A stretch of DNA of 64,000 bases from Carcharhinus amblyrhynchos (Eukaryota). The notes beneath the pieces are model-generated. The model had not been told where the DNA came from. It saw nothing but the letters and a program-made list of their open reading frames with translations, and made no database searches. Position numbers and translations under genes: made by a program. Positions 12,229 to 25,354 of the stretch are shown piece after piece; within the stretch, counting starts at the first letter, position 1; the number at the start of each line of letters is the position of its first letter. The stretch covers positions 99,386,001-99,450,000 of the forward strand of contig OZ336875.1 of assembly GCA_965287045.1 (NCBI GenBank), written 5' to 3'.

Positions 12229-12506
12229 AAACCAAACTATTTACTACACAAAAAGCAGAGCATGAATGCTAACTACACTATCTTATACGTTAAAAATATT
12301 CAGAAGTACAGTTCCCAGGGTGACTTGTAGTCTAAACCGAACTTAACACAAATTTCCTCCCACACCCATTTGACTGATGTTCCCGAAAATTCCAGTCAGA
12401 TATTTAATAGAAATTTTAAGACTAGCCACTTGGTCTAAAAGTTTCAAAGGTTTGTTTGAAGGCTGAGATTTCCTGGGCCTTTCTTACTTCTGGTAAAATT
12501 TTCATT

Positions 12507-12655
12507 AAGACCATAAGATGTCAGAGCAGGAGTAGGCTATTCAGCCCATCAAGTCTGCTCCACTGTTCACTGAGATCCTGGCTGATTTGATAATAATCGC
12601 GAACTCCAGTTTCCCACCTTATTTTCCTGATTCTGTTACTGATTAGGAATCTGTC
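12507..12655 (-). mobile_element. CR1 3' tail fragment
   Basis: aagaccataagatgtcagagcaggagtaggctattcagcccatcaagtctgctcc, similar to 10013-10100. Confidence 0.7.
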
Positions 12656-14829
12656 AAAGGTCTTCCACCCATGCCACAACTGTAGATTCACAGTTCAACA
12701 CTACCTTTGCTAGAGCCTTAAGCGTAGCCACCTTGGGTCATGGAACTAATAGTTCTAATATACTTCAATTCTATGCTTGCCGAGAGGAGCTAAATCTTTC
12801 ACCTCTCCCCCTCTTCAGGTTGGCTATCCCGGAAGACCAACCCAATAGAGTCCTTCATTTTCAAAAATTTTAAACCCTCTTAGCCAGCACACAGAATTTC
12901 AGCTCAACTTTGCTTCATCAGATGTTGCCTGCAGTCAGCTTACTCTAAATTAAACTGCTTGAAATAGTTGTTCCCTGCAATAAACCTCTTGCTTACCTTT
13001 GGCTTTATCATTTTTCCGCCAGTCAGCTTGGTCATATGATCAATTCCTGGAACAATTTTTTTTATATAAGGACTCATCTTCAAGAGAAAGCTAGTTCAAG
13101 GGACCATCCTCCTACCATAAAATATAGGTTTCTGCCCCCTTCCCCCAATCAAAAGCACATGTGCCATCACAAGAGAGTGAGAAAGAACTCTCCTCAGAAG
13201 CCAAAGTTGTATTCCCACCATGACACCAGTATTATCTGGTATCAGCAGGTACAGCAGCAACAATCAATCTTCATAAGTCATGCAGAATGTAAAACAGTTT
13301 TAAAAATATGTTTCACTGTCTTCTTCAAATGTAATGCAATAACTAGTAGTGCTGAGAGAGAAAATTGCACGTGTCAAAAGTTGTAAGCATGTATGTATGT
13401 CAGTTGGGTTTAGGTTTAAATGTGCCATCAGCTAACACTAGCAACTTTTCCAAGTTTGCAGCATCCTGGCAACTGAATAAACAAGAGTATGAGCTGCACT
13501 CCAGGGTTTGAGCAGGCTGACGTTCAAAAAAATCCTGCCAGAGGTCTGTTAAATTAGTTTCCTGCACCGGTAGACCACAATGATATTCAAACAAAGAGTA
13601 GAGATTCATTCTGCTGCCCTGGCCAAAATTTCTATCTCCACCTACAGCAAGCAAAATACAGATTCATTCATCACATTGCTACTTGTCAGATCTTGCTGTG
13701 GGCTCTTTGCTGTATAAAGGTTAATGTTACAAAAGCAGTTAATTGTGTGCAAGGAACTTCAAGATCTTTCCCACAGATGCGAGAAGGCTTCTTTTATCCT
13801 GGCAGGGCCCTTCATTGTGCTCGATTTATATAAGGACAACCCATTTTAGTGTTTATACTTCTTTTTGGATTGAATAGCCAACCCCATAACGTACTAGGGC
13901 ACAATAATTAGGAGGTGTTTTACAGATTTATAGCACTGCCAATTATGGAAAACTGGTTCAAATGCAGCTGAAAGTTTTGTGTCCAAAGTAATGCTTTGAC
14001 ATGTCTAATGTTCACATTTATTGAAGCATTTCTTGTTTGGGCTGCATTTGAGTGGGGATTGCCGCTTTATCACAAGCCATACTCTTTCTCTTGTGAAAAT
14101 GTAATGTATGATCACATGGCACACTTTTTCACAATTGAGTAAATAGTCCAACAGAAGAAGTAACGCGTTACTGTTGGTTACGGTTGTGTTTAAAAGTCAC
14201 TGTGAAAGCTGCATTAAAGGATGGTCGCAAACAAAAAAATTCTTTGCGGTATTATCTAGAACAGGAACTTAACGCTCTCTCCCCACTCCCATTTTTGATT
14301 AAGAAATGAAAAAAAAGTAGATGACATTTCAGGAATGGAATTAAAGAATTCCTGGAAGCAGAAATCCAATAGTCTTGTCTCGTGTTTTTCCATTTCCCTT
14401 CTTTCTGAATGTCATGTCCTGACTAAGTAAATATGTAATCCACTCTCAGTCACCGGTTAAAACTGCCTTCCCCTCAAAGTTTCCCACCACCTTTGTACAG
14501 ACTTGCTTCTCGATGGCAAAAATACAAATGGTGCAATATTCAGACCTAAATTTGTACCTGCACGTTACAGTATTTCAGAATCTGTGAGAAAAAAAATGAA
14601 ATATGTTTACATTAGGAAAAGTTGTAAAATTAGAGAAGTCTCGAAATTGTCAATTTCAATTATCAGAGTAGCAGGTGTCCCAGAATAAATGGACGTACAG
14701 ATACAAGTTTGAATCTGTCCCTGCCCAAAATCTTGAGCAAAACTATTAAGGAGGCGACGAAAGGAGAAATGTTCTGAGCACTGACTTCACAATGGACAGA
14801 ATGAAGTTTGTACGGTAACTTGAGGTTTA

Positions 14830-15061
14830 ACACGTCAGAAGCAGATTACCTTCTTTACTCAGAGGGCAGTAAGGGCGTGGAATGTCCTGCCTGCAGCAGT
14901 TGTGGACTCGCCAACTTTAAGGGCGTTCAAATGGTCAGTGGATAAGCATATGGATAACATTGGAATAGTTTAGGTTAGAGGATCATTAGATTGGTTCCAC
15001 TGGTCGGCACAACATCGAGGGCCGAAGGACCTTAACTGCACTGTAATGTTCTATGTTCTAG
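14830..15061 (+). mobile_element. CR1/HER1 3' end related to the element at 58-2934
   Basis: ttctttactcagagggcagtaagggcgtggaatg...ggtcggcacaacatcgagggccgaagg...ttctatgttcta. Confidence 0.85.
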
Positions 15062-15721
15062 AACTGCTTTCAGTTATTGACCACAAACAGTAATGTCTGA
15101 GCATACTTCATGAAGTTATTAAAAAGCGCATGTGAAACGTGCACAAACCTGTAAGACCTGCCTTCTTTGTCCAGTTGTGTAATATATACACATCAAGCCT
15201 ATTCTCCCTTTGTCTTGACCTAGTAGCCAAAACATGCACGTCTGTGATGCCATTTGTGCTCGGATAACAAACGCACCTGTGCATGAGTGTTCTCCCCTTG
15301 CACCCGCAGGGGAGAATTTCAATTACATACAAGAGACAGTGAGCTTGACATGTAGGTTGGAGCTGGAGTTGCAATGGAAGAAACACAGCTCTCAGCTCAG
15401 CATTGCTTTAAACAGGTATGCATTCAGAAGAGTCCAGAGCAGCAGAAAACCTACTGCAGAAGTGGGCCTGTTGCAAATCACAACCCTTTAGGTTTTTGAC
15501 TGATTTCATGATTAATCAAGTCAAAAGTTCTGCAAATTAGTATTTCACATCCCCCCCAGTAAATTGTTATGAGCTGTCATAAATGAAACCCTAGGTCAAG
15601 ATGAAATTTGAGCAAACATAGCTGCTGTGCTTTGAAGTCAGCAACAAGCTTGTACAGGAAAAACAAAGTGAACACCCAGTCCACTCAGAAGCAAGCAGTC
15701 AAAATCTACAGGACGAAATAA

Positions 15722-15989
15722 TGGCATGGTGGCACAGCGATTAGCATTGCTGTCTCACAGTGCCAGGGATCTGGGTTCGATTGCCAGCTTGGGTCACTGT
15801 CAGTGTGGGGTTTGCAAGTTCTCCCCGTGTTGGCATGGGTTTCCTCCAGGTGCTCCGGTTTCCTCCCAGAGTCTGAAAGACGTGCTGGTTAGGTATATTG
15901 ATCTGAAGTGTGGCGACCAGGGGAATTTCACAGTAACTTCATTGCAGTGTTAATGTAAACCTTACATATGACCAATAAATAAACTTTAA
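15722..15989 (+). mobile_element. tRNA-derived V-type SINE, tail type B
   Basis: A-box tggcacagcgattagc, B-box gggttcgattgc, core gggtttcctccaggtgctccggtttcctccca, tail gtaacttcattgcagtgttaatgtaa. Confidence 0.85.
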
Positions 15990-17111
15990 TAAAAAGATAA
16001 TCTATAGATCATTGAGCAAATGAATCACCAAGCTCATAAAATTATTTTCAAAGTGGTGTGTTTGTGAAGCTACATGCAAACCTTGCAAAATATGCTGTCT
16101 TCTGAAGCCTCTAAGAATTTCTTTCTACAAGCGCACTGTAGATCTGTCCATGCTTTAAAGGGAATCGACAAAGCATTGAAAGCATGACCCCATTCAGATG
16201 CTTTGGCACACAAACAGTAGCTCTGTACAGTGTCAAACACATCTTACCACGCATTCCAGAACAACCCAAAAAACAACACACAAGTCAAGATAATTGTTGT
16301 TTTTTTCCAATTTATAAACAGCACCACAAAAAAAACTCATCAACATGCAGCAAAAACATTTAAATGAACAGGAGAGCTGAAACCTATCTTCATTTTGATG
16401 GGTGGGTGACAGGAAGGTGATTTAAATAAAAATCAAGAGTTTCTGCCAAATGCATTTAAAATGGATAACGTGCAAAAAATTCCAATACAAGCACTTGAGA
16501 ATCACTCAACTGTGCATATATTTACTGAGGCGCAACTGGATGATTCTGTTTGTACAAAAATCTTGCCCAATGTCAGATGGGACTGAACTCAACTGTAACA
16601 CAGTGGAAAAGCAAGGTCTGAAATGTAATAAACTCGCAGGATTGTGCCTGTATTGTATTTAACATAGAAGGTCACAAGAAACTCAGAACACAACATACGC
16701 ATTCACTTTTGTAACATTAACTCAAGCCATGTTCAAAGCTGTTGAAGCGATTGTTCATTTCACATTTTTAATCAGGTATCATATCATTCAAAACAAGACA
16801 AGCTATATTTAATGAGTGTTCTTCATGAAAGGATTCAGAGAACCACACAAAATAGTTACAGCACAGGGGGCAATTTGACCCATCATGTCATGTCAGATCT
16901 CTCTCTCTCTCTATGGGGTCCCACCTGGTGCCAACACCAAAAATCAGTTCAACAGATGAAGTCATGGATTTTCTCCTTATCCACCTCATTCTTCTCCCGT
17001 TGAATGTTTTCCACTGGAATCGATCCCACCTTTGGCCGACTGGAACCCAGGACTTTTGTTTTCTCTCAAGACTATTTAAAATGTTGTGTGCAGGGTCCTC
17101 ACTAACTCATT

Positions 17112-17451
17112 AAATCATAGAAACCTTACAGTGCAGAAGGAGGCCGTCCAGCCCATCGAGTCTGCACCGACAACAATCCTATCCAGGCTCTATCCCCGAA
17201 CCCCAAATATTTATCCCGCTACTTCCTCTAACCTACACATCCCAGGACACTAAGGGGCAATTTAGTATGACCAATGAATACAACCCGCACATCTTTAGAC
17301 TGAGAGGAAACTGCAGCACTCAGAGGAAATCCACACAGACAGAGGGACAACATACAAACTCCACACAGATAGTGACCCAAGCTGGGAATCAAACCCAGGT
17401 TCCTGGAGCTGTGAGGCAGCAATGCTAACCACTGTGCCATCGTGCTGCCCC
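17112..17451 (-). mobile_element. HE1-like V-SINE with CR1-type tail (type A), full length
   Basis: Minus strand reads ggggcagcacgatggcacagtggttagcattgctgcctcacagc...gtgcagactcgatgggctggacggcctccttctgcactgtaaggtttctatga. Confidence 0.88.
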
Positions 17452-18309
17452 ACGGTGAGTTCCACTGGAAGCTGGTGTGCACTTCGATAGAAAAATGGCT
17501 TACCAAACTAATTGATTTGGAATAAAAATAACTGGAGCCTGATGAGTCAGTTCATACATTAACATGCTTCTTGGTGGTGACAGAGGATGCAGGGAGAGAG
17601 AGGGTGGTGAGTTAGTGACCTTCCTAATTGTTACACGATCCAACTTGAAAAGGATCAAAATCAATTAGACAGTTATCGCCCAAGCATCAGTTTGCTCCAG
17701 TAAGTGCGTGGGATTTAACTTTACAAGAATAGCAAGTCTTAATTAAAAAATACATGCTCAGAGAATATGAATAGGCAATAGCTCGTCAGCACAACAGCAG
17801 CCTGGAGTTGGTGAATGAGCCGCACACCAGCTTGGACTGTGAGAGCTGTTGCATCTCCCTGCTGTCTACCACCAGCTGACTGACCTGGTTTGGGAGGGAA
17901 GGAGGGAGGTCTAGAGAGGAGGAAAGGGGAAGCTAATTATACACATGAGCGCATGCATGTGAGTTTACAAAAGTTTGCAAAAAACTTTTTGCAAAAGTCT
18001 GACTAGGTTGTGCATTGATATACACGTGTCTGGGGGTTCAGGAAGAAAAACTTTGGGGAAAAACTTCACTTGGGATAATGGAGAGATTGGCTCAAACTTA
18101 CATGAGTATATAAAATAACATTCTTTAAAAGCACAGATTTTCCTATTGTTATTATCCATTATGTTGACCAATAATACACAAACATTAATAACTTACACCA
18201 AATGCTCCAATGCTGATTTGTTTCTGTTGGCGCCTGGAGTATGTTAATTTTCAGGTGTTAAAATGGAGTCGCACTGGAAATTAGTCAGCAAGCACTGTTC
18301 GAAAATTAC

Positions 18310-18810
18310 TCAGCTTGTCCCATTCCACTGTCTATTTCCCACATCCCCTTAAACTTTTCTCTTTGGATAATTATCCAATTCCCCTTTGGATCTGCCTGGA
18401 ATTGGATACAATACTCAAGTTCAGGCCGAGCCAAAGTTTTATAAAAGGTTCACCGTAACTTCCATGCTCCTGTACATTATCCCTTGATTTTTAAAGCACA
18501 GGTTCCTGCATGCCTGAGAAACCACTTTCTCACACAGCCCTGCCATCTTCAAGGGCACGTGAACATGTACTCCCAAGTCCTTCTGCTCTTCTACACACTT
18601 TAGGAATTGTACCCTCTATTTAATAATTTGTTTCCTCATTCTTCCAACTACCATTTCACACTTCTCTGCATTAAATTTCATCTGTCCCTCCTATTTCACT
18701 ACCCCGCGTGCTCTTAAAATTCCAGCACCATCCTCCTCACAGTTCACAATGCATCCAAGTTTTATATCATCTGTAGATTGAATTGAGTACTTCAAACCCA
18801 AGTCTATACT
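18310..18810 (-). mobile_element. Old CR1 RT/3' fragment
   Basis: gcattaaatttcatctg, aagtttatatcatctg (FADD region) and gaattggatacaatactcaagttcaggcc in reverse orientation. Confidence 0.55.
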
Positions 18811-19279
18811 ATTAGGATAATTCAATTGTTATTATCCCTACCGCCCCCCCACCCCCACCTTTGAACCTCCCCATTTTTAATTTCAGATCACATTTGCCAT
18901 GCATAATGCCTCACCAAATGAAACAGTAGGTGCGGCCAATGCCATTCTTCAGATGAATGTATGCTTAATTGCTTCCAGCCTCAAAGTTGAGAGTCCTCAC
19001 CTCCAATGAGTGCAACAGTCCCAGTTAATGGACTCTCAAACAAACAGTAGGTGAGGAATTGCCCTAAATTTTGAGCCACCAATCTCACTTTCAGAATTCA
19101 TAGGACTGAATTTAAATGTAATAATAATTCATTCAGGACTGCTTTGTGAGGGTGAAATTGAGGCCCTTTAGAGCAGCCTTAACTCAGCAACAGTAAATGC
19201 CTAACCTGGGAATGCTTGATACCAACATTGGGCATATTCGTCACTTGGATTAGCAAAGATGATACCTGTATGTTACTTA

Positions 19280-20390
19280 TTTTGATTTGATTTATTATTG
19301 TCACGTGTTAGTATACAGTGAAAAGTATAGTTTCTCATGTGCTATACAAAGTATACCATACATAAAGAAGGAAAGAAGACTGCAGAATGTAATGTTGCAA
19401 TCATAGCTAGGATGGAGAGAAAGATTAACTTAGTGAGGTAGGTTCATTCAAAAGTCTGATGGCAGCAATAAAGAAGCTGATCTTAAGTTGGTTGGTACAT
19501 GTCTTCAGACTTTTGCATCTATTTCCCAACATAAAAAGGTGTAAGTGACTATGTCTGGGATGCATCGGGCCCTTAATTATGCTGGCTGCTTTTCTGAGAC
19601 AGCTGGAAGTGTGGACCAAGTAATGGGTGGGAGGTTAGTTTGAGTGGCAGACTGGACTGCATTCTTGACCCTTTGTAGTTTCTTTCAGTCTTGGACACAG
19701 CATGAGCCACATCAAGCTGTGATACAACCAGAAAGACTGATTTCTATGGTGCATTTGTAAAAGTTGGTGAGAATCATAGCAAACATCTGAGAAAGTAGAG
19801 CGGTTCGTGGGCTTTCTTAACTGTAGCATGGCGTTGAAGGACCAGGACAGGTTGTTGGTGATCTGGACACCCAAAAGCCTGGAACCGCTCAACCATTTCT
19901 ACTTCATACCCATTGATGTAGACAGGAGCATGTCCTCCACCACGCTTCCTGAAGTCGATAACTATCTCTTTCATTTTGTTGACATTGAGGGAGAGATTAT
20001 TCTCATCACACCAGTTCATCAGATTTTCTATCATTCCTGTACTCTGTCTCATCATTGTTTGAGGTACAACCCACTATGGTGGTGTTATCAGCAAGCTCGA
20101 AAATCGAGCTGGAGGGGGACTTGGCCACACAGGTGCATACAAATTATAGGAAGGGGCTGAGGACACAGCCTTGTGGGGCACCAATGTTGAGGATGATCAT
20201 GGAGGTGTTGTTCCCTATCCTTACTGATTACAGTCTGTGGGTTAGAAAGTTCAGGATCCAGTCACAAAGGGGGAAGCCAACCTTCAGACCATGGAGTTTG
20301 AAGATGAGTTTTGTAGAAATAATGGTGTTGAAAGCTGAGCTGTAGTCAATAAATAAGAGTCTGACATAGGTGCCTTTGTTATCTAGGATT
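19280..20390 (-). mobile_element. Rex1/Babar LINE, ~1.1-kb 3' part with frameshifted RT
   Basis: ORF fragments [71 protein letters not shown]. Tail aataaatcaaatcaaa. Confidence 0.88.
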
Positions 20391-22140
20391 TCCGGCATTG
20401 AGTGCAGGGCCAAGAAGCATTTTAGCATTTAGCAACACGAACACTGCAATTATTCATCTTGTGACTACGTACAATAGATTCCTCCAGTCTGCAATGGGTA
20501 TTAGAATCAGTTTATGCCTTCTAAAGATCGTTTTACACAGGTTTCATGTCTGCTCAACTAACCCAAACCAATTCTTTCTAAAATTCAGGAACTGGGCACA
20601 GTTCTTATTTAGTACTTTAACACAACACAAAGTAACGGCAAAAGCCACAATAACATCCTTGATAAAACTCAGTGTAAATGATTCCCTTTGCTAATGTGAG
20701 GCAAAAAAACCACAAGTGAACAACCTCGGCAATCTTTGATCCTCGATGTAAACTGAATGTGCTCAAGGTCAGGACAAGAACATGGCATGTTCATATCTGT
20801 TAAATATATAAATGTATAATGATTCATGCTGTACAATGGGCAAATGGACCATTTAAAAATACTTGGAATGCAAACTTGCATTCTTTTGAACATTAGTCAA
20901 TCTGACTTCTACTTTATATTTGCAATAAAATTGCACATGATGCAGTCATGTTACAAAATTAAGATCTCTTCAAAGCATTGCAATCCTCCCTCATTCTAAC
21001 TGATTAGATGAAGTAACTTGTTAAGATTCAACATATTGTCACATTTGCTCTGAATGTGTTTTGACTATTTTGAAGTTCTTGCACCACACATTTTAATCTC
21101 CCTACAAAGGATCTGTAATTTGACGTGGCATAATGGGAGAACTGCAATGTTACAAACTAAGGCACTTCACAACTTCTCAGGATGTTGCCATGTTGCTGTG
21201 TCCACTAACTCATATGACATCCAAGACATTTCTTTTACCTGAAGAAACCTTAGGAAAATAATGCAAAGGCCAAAAAAGAGGGATATCCTGATCTTTGGTT
21301 AAGAAATGCACCATCAGCTGGGTTAATCTTCCAGCAGCAATCATCGGTCAGATTTTAAGTTTGTCCTTTCCTTCTCCTCTTTCCTCTCGCCACACCACCT
21401 GAAACAATTTTCCTCTGGCGGGGAGATTTATGCATGACCTAACTGTACATTGATTCTTCTGGTGACAAAGATGGAAACGCATCTCTACGATACTGACTGT
21501 ATTCTCTACATTCAAAATTAGAAGATGATACTTTGTACAAAATAAAAGCAGAATGTCTCAGATCATAAAAGGAAAGATGACTCCTCAGAACCTCTGTGGA
21601 TGCACCATCTCTTTATAATAGATCTAAGTCCCATTGATCCAACTTCTCATTATTTCCCTCAATCTCCACTTACTCCATGCCTAGCTGTTTTTTGTTAGCG
21701 TTGATTTTATATCATATGAGTGTGAAATGGTGGGCTAGCAAAGCAGTTATACTCAAAGTGGAGCCTGAGAATGCACTGTCTGATAGCTCATCTGGAACAA
21801 GGGGCATGGATTGCATCCTCCATCCTGAATTTCAAAGCCTGCTCCAGTAGCTCCTGTAAAAACAGGGAAACCATTACTTGGACAGACTAATTGTCTGTTC
21901 CAACTTGTTTCTTGTATTCTGCCTCTCATTATACATCCGTTGTCCTCATGAAGTTGGATAGCACAGTGAAGTCATGAGTCAGTGTACAGGGGTTTTTGCC
22001 TGGCTCTCTGAGCTGCCAGCTTCTGATTCTCCATGGAGGCTTGAAGATAGTGGGTACTGACTGGCACAGGATGAATGCATTGCAGCTCCTGCCAGAATAA
22101 TGGGCATTCACCAAACATGATGGTCACACACCAACTGCAC

Positions 22141-22476
22141 TTTTCTTTTTGTTCATGGGATGTGGGCATTGTTGGCTGGACCAGCATTTATTGCCATCCC
22201 TGAAGGAAGTTGGGAGTCAACCATGCTGCTGTAGATCTGGAGTCATACGTGGGCCAGACCAGGTAATGATGACAGATTATGTCCCAAAAGGACATAAGTG
22301 AACCAGGTGAGTTTTTGCAACAATTGACAATGGTTTCATGGTCATTAAACTTTTAAATTCCAGACTTTTATTGAATTCAAATCTTACCATCTGTCCTGGT
22401 GAGATTTGAACTTGAGTTCCCAGAGAATTGCCCTGGGTTTCTGGAATGCTAGTCGAATGACAACGCCACTACACCC
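22141..22476 (-). mobile_element. tRNA-derived SINE family C (Crack/L2-like tail)
   Basis: Reverse of 47027-47376. Tail ggatggcaataaatgctggtccagccaacaatgcccacatcccatgaac. Confidence 0.8.
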
Positions 22477-24561
22477 CTGCCTCCCCAGATTAATAGTTGT
22501 ATTCATTACTCCTGTGGTCTTGTGGGACCCACAGAGGCTTGACAAGTATTGAGAACCCCACCATTCTGGCAAAGCCAAACGTCCTTCCAAATTGCTTGCC
22601 AGTGCTGAAGAGAAAGGCTATACACTTGCCACATCCGCAATAAAGGCCTCTGTGGCCTCCCAAGCGCTCCCATGTATGACAGACTGGGATATGTCTCCTA
22701 CTCCCACCCAGACAGATGGAAGTTCAGTGCCATAATGATTTTTACAACCACTGGCTGTGCCAACCTTGCCAGATCCACCTCAACCAACAAGGCCCACCTC
22801 CATGGCTTCTTATTCCTTACATCTCCTGAATCTCATCTGTTCCGTTCCACTTCTTTCAAACAGAAAACACATTCTTACAAGGATCCTGCTTCTACACAGC
22901 AGTTTCCCTTTGTGACTCACTGAAGTAAAGCAGCTGTCTCTTTTCTGAGTCACTGTACAGGTGTGAAAACTGTCATTTGATTGCAAGAGGTTTCTGTTCA
23001 AATTCCACTGCTATGGCAACCAGGCCACATCAGCATGTTTCCAAATCCCCAATTTTACTTCAACTAATAGGCATTTTAAGACAACCATCTTGCAAAATCC
23101 ATGTTCCTAACAACTGGCATCCTTCCAGATTATTCCCACCTTCAGTTCTGGTGATGTGACCTTTTTAAGGGACAATCCTTTGCAGACCACATGATCATGA
23201 CGGACCCTATGACAGAGCGACAAGCTGAGCCAATCAAGAGTGTGTCAAAGGACTAGGAGGACAGCAGTTAGAACCAGGGAGGAGAAAGCAGCAAACTTGT
23301 GCATATGTTGTCAGACCCTAATATAGATTAGTAAATCCTTTCTTGTTGTTGAAGCCACATCAAGTCACTTCCAGTTATTTCAGTTCCTTGCTGCCCTTCT
23401 TAAAGTTTCCAGCCCACACAGAAGTGGGCTCAATACAGAGTTTGACAATATCAGATCATGGCCAATGCTCCACTTGTTTTACCCCTCAGACATCAGGTGC
23501 TGATAACAATTCTGCATTGCTTGAGGAAAGCTAAAAGGACTTGTTTTATGTTGGGAGTACAAGTTATTGAATTCCATCCCATTTACCAATTCCATTGATG
23601 CAAAAATCCTGTCATTGAAGGGAGCATCCTAGTCTTGAACAGATTCAAGGTGAAAATTGCTATGACTGCCAACAGAAAAGCCCTAGTAAATGCTTAACTT
23701 GAAACAAGAAAACTCAATTTGAGTTGTAAATTCACAAATGCAGAAACTTCTGCACTCTGAAATCAACTACAGTTGTTTGATGCAGTATGTTGGTAGATTG
23801 CATCGAGTGTTTGAATACAAGGCATCTTTTAAAGGGTTCTTCCTTCAGTTGATGCTTTCATACCTAAAGCCGCAACTTCTCTGCCACAGCTGGTCTTCCA
23901 GTCTCCACACTATACAAATGACAAGCAGTTAGCATGTCACAGCTTGGACCAGAAACCCCACACAGCCTGAAATAACCTTCCCGAGCCCTGCAAACTCCTT
24001 GCCCCCTCATGCCCAACTTAACATGATTTCAAGAAATATTCTTCTTCCAATTAGCTCCTGGTCTTGCTCCTCCCTACTCCAGCTATCTCTTAACCCTTGC
24101 CCTACCTTCACATCCTCCATCTGTTTAACTACCTTTTGCTGCAGCTCCTTGACTGTTCTTCAGAAACACATCAACTTCCAACATCTACCTCCTTGTTTTT
24201 AAAAACTATACTGAATGAGCCTTCAGCACCACCACCGTACCTCCCCCCCTCTAAATTTCACTATTTCTCTTCCCGTTCTGCTACGTTTCTACAAGTTGTG
24301 CTTGATCCAACTTTTGTGCGTATGCCACATTTGACAGCAAAGCACATCACTGTGCAGGAACATTGTTACAAAGAAAAGACCCCCCAGACCACCAAGCATG
24401 GGCTTTCTAGCTCGTAAGATGTAAACGAGATTAGATTTTCGGCGGTTTGTCATCACATTCAGCCTCAGATTATCAAAGCACTAAAATAAATCTGATTGCT
24501 CTCAAAGTGACAGCTGAAAACTTGAATATTGAGCATGCTAGCACATCACAAAACAATCGGA

Positions 24562-25354
24562 GGGTGGGAATTCTCCCACCCTGCTGCACTAATTGTTTAA
24601 CGCAGTGGACCAGGAGAATCGTGCATTGGCCAATGCACGGGATTCCTGTGAGCGTTCGCGCCACGCTTGTGTCACCCAGGGCTGCATTTCCGGTGGACTC
24701 TGCATGGCGCCATAAATCGGCTGGGAGACTGGGTCTCGTATTTAAATAGTATTTTACATACTATTTAAATGCTATTAGTGGGCCTGGCATCTCACACCCT
24801 GCCAGAGAGTGTTTCATCCAGCGGGGATCAGACTAGCTCCCCACTTTCAGGAAGCTCACGGGATGACCCCGATGGAGTGAAGGTGGGACAAATCATGGCC
24901 CCTCAGGTTAGCCGGGAGGTGGGAGGGGTGGGGTTGATGACCCCTGGGCATGGGCACCCTGAGTGCCAGCCTGTGCCCCTGGCACTGCCCAAGGAGCAAA
25001 GTACCCGTGCCTGGTGGCACCATGGCACTGCCTGATAGTCATGGGGCAGTGCCAAGGGAGCAAGGCCGAAGGGCGATAGTACTGCAGGTGTCCTGGGCTG
25101 GCCAGCAATTGAGCTGGCCAGCAAATGGGGAGGCTGACAGTTTGGGGCCTCTGTGCATGTACAGAGGCCTGCTGATTTCAGCCTCTCAAGTATGAATAAG
25201 CCTGCCCCCTGAAATGTAACAATAATCATTTGGTGGCCTATGCATTGCACAGAGTGTGGGAGATTCTAGTGTGAACTCCCACTAAAAAAAAACAAGATTT
25301 ACTCCAGTTTTCCCACATATTCAACACACAACTTTTTTGGGAGAATTCCACCCC
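24562..25354. mobile_element. GC-rich non-autonomous DNA transposon (MITE-like, possibly PIF/Harbinger)
   Basis: Terminal inverted repeats gggtgggaattctccca (24562-24578) and tgggagaattccacccc (25338-25354). Interior is GC/CpG-richer than the flanks. Confidence 0.6.

Noticed and set aside
12997-13046. Possible 50-nt minus-strand exon ending AAG|gtaagc (IDHMTKLTGGKMIKPK)
   Set aside because: The acceptor lacks a pyrimidine tract and the peptide is unrecognised.
15722-15800. tRNA-like A/B boxes here and at other SINE heads
   Set aside because: These are SINE heads continuous with SINE bodies; no complete cloverleaf, so not called as tRNA genes.
18190-18275. Strong minus-strand donor (gtaagt) near 18196
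   Set aside because: The longer candidate exon has stops in all three frames; the shorter one has a poor acceptor.
21750-23360. Possible highly decayed LTR-retrotransposon pieces and LTR-like segment
   Set aside because: Motifs too degenerate to support a call without alignment.
24769-25250. Cluster of overlapping 66-115 aa ORFs
   Set aside because: Explained by the high GC content of the TIR element; no domain motifs.
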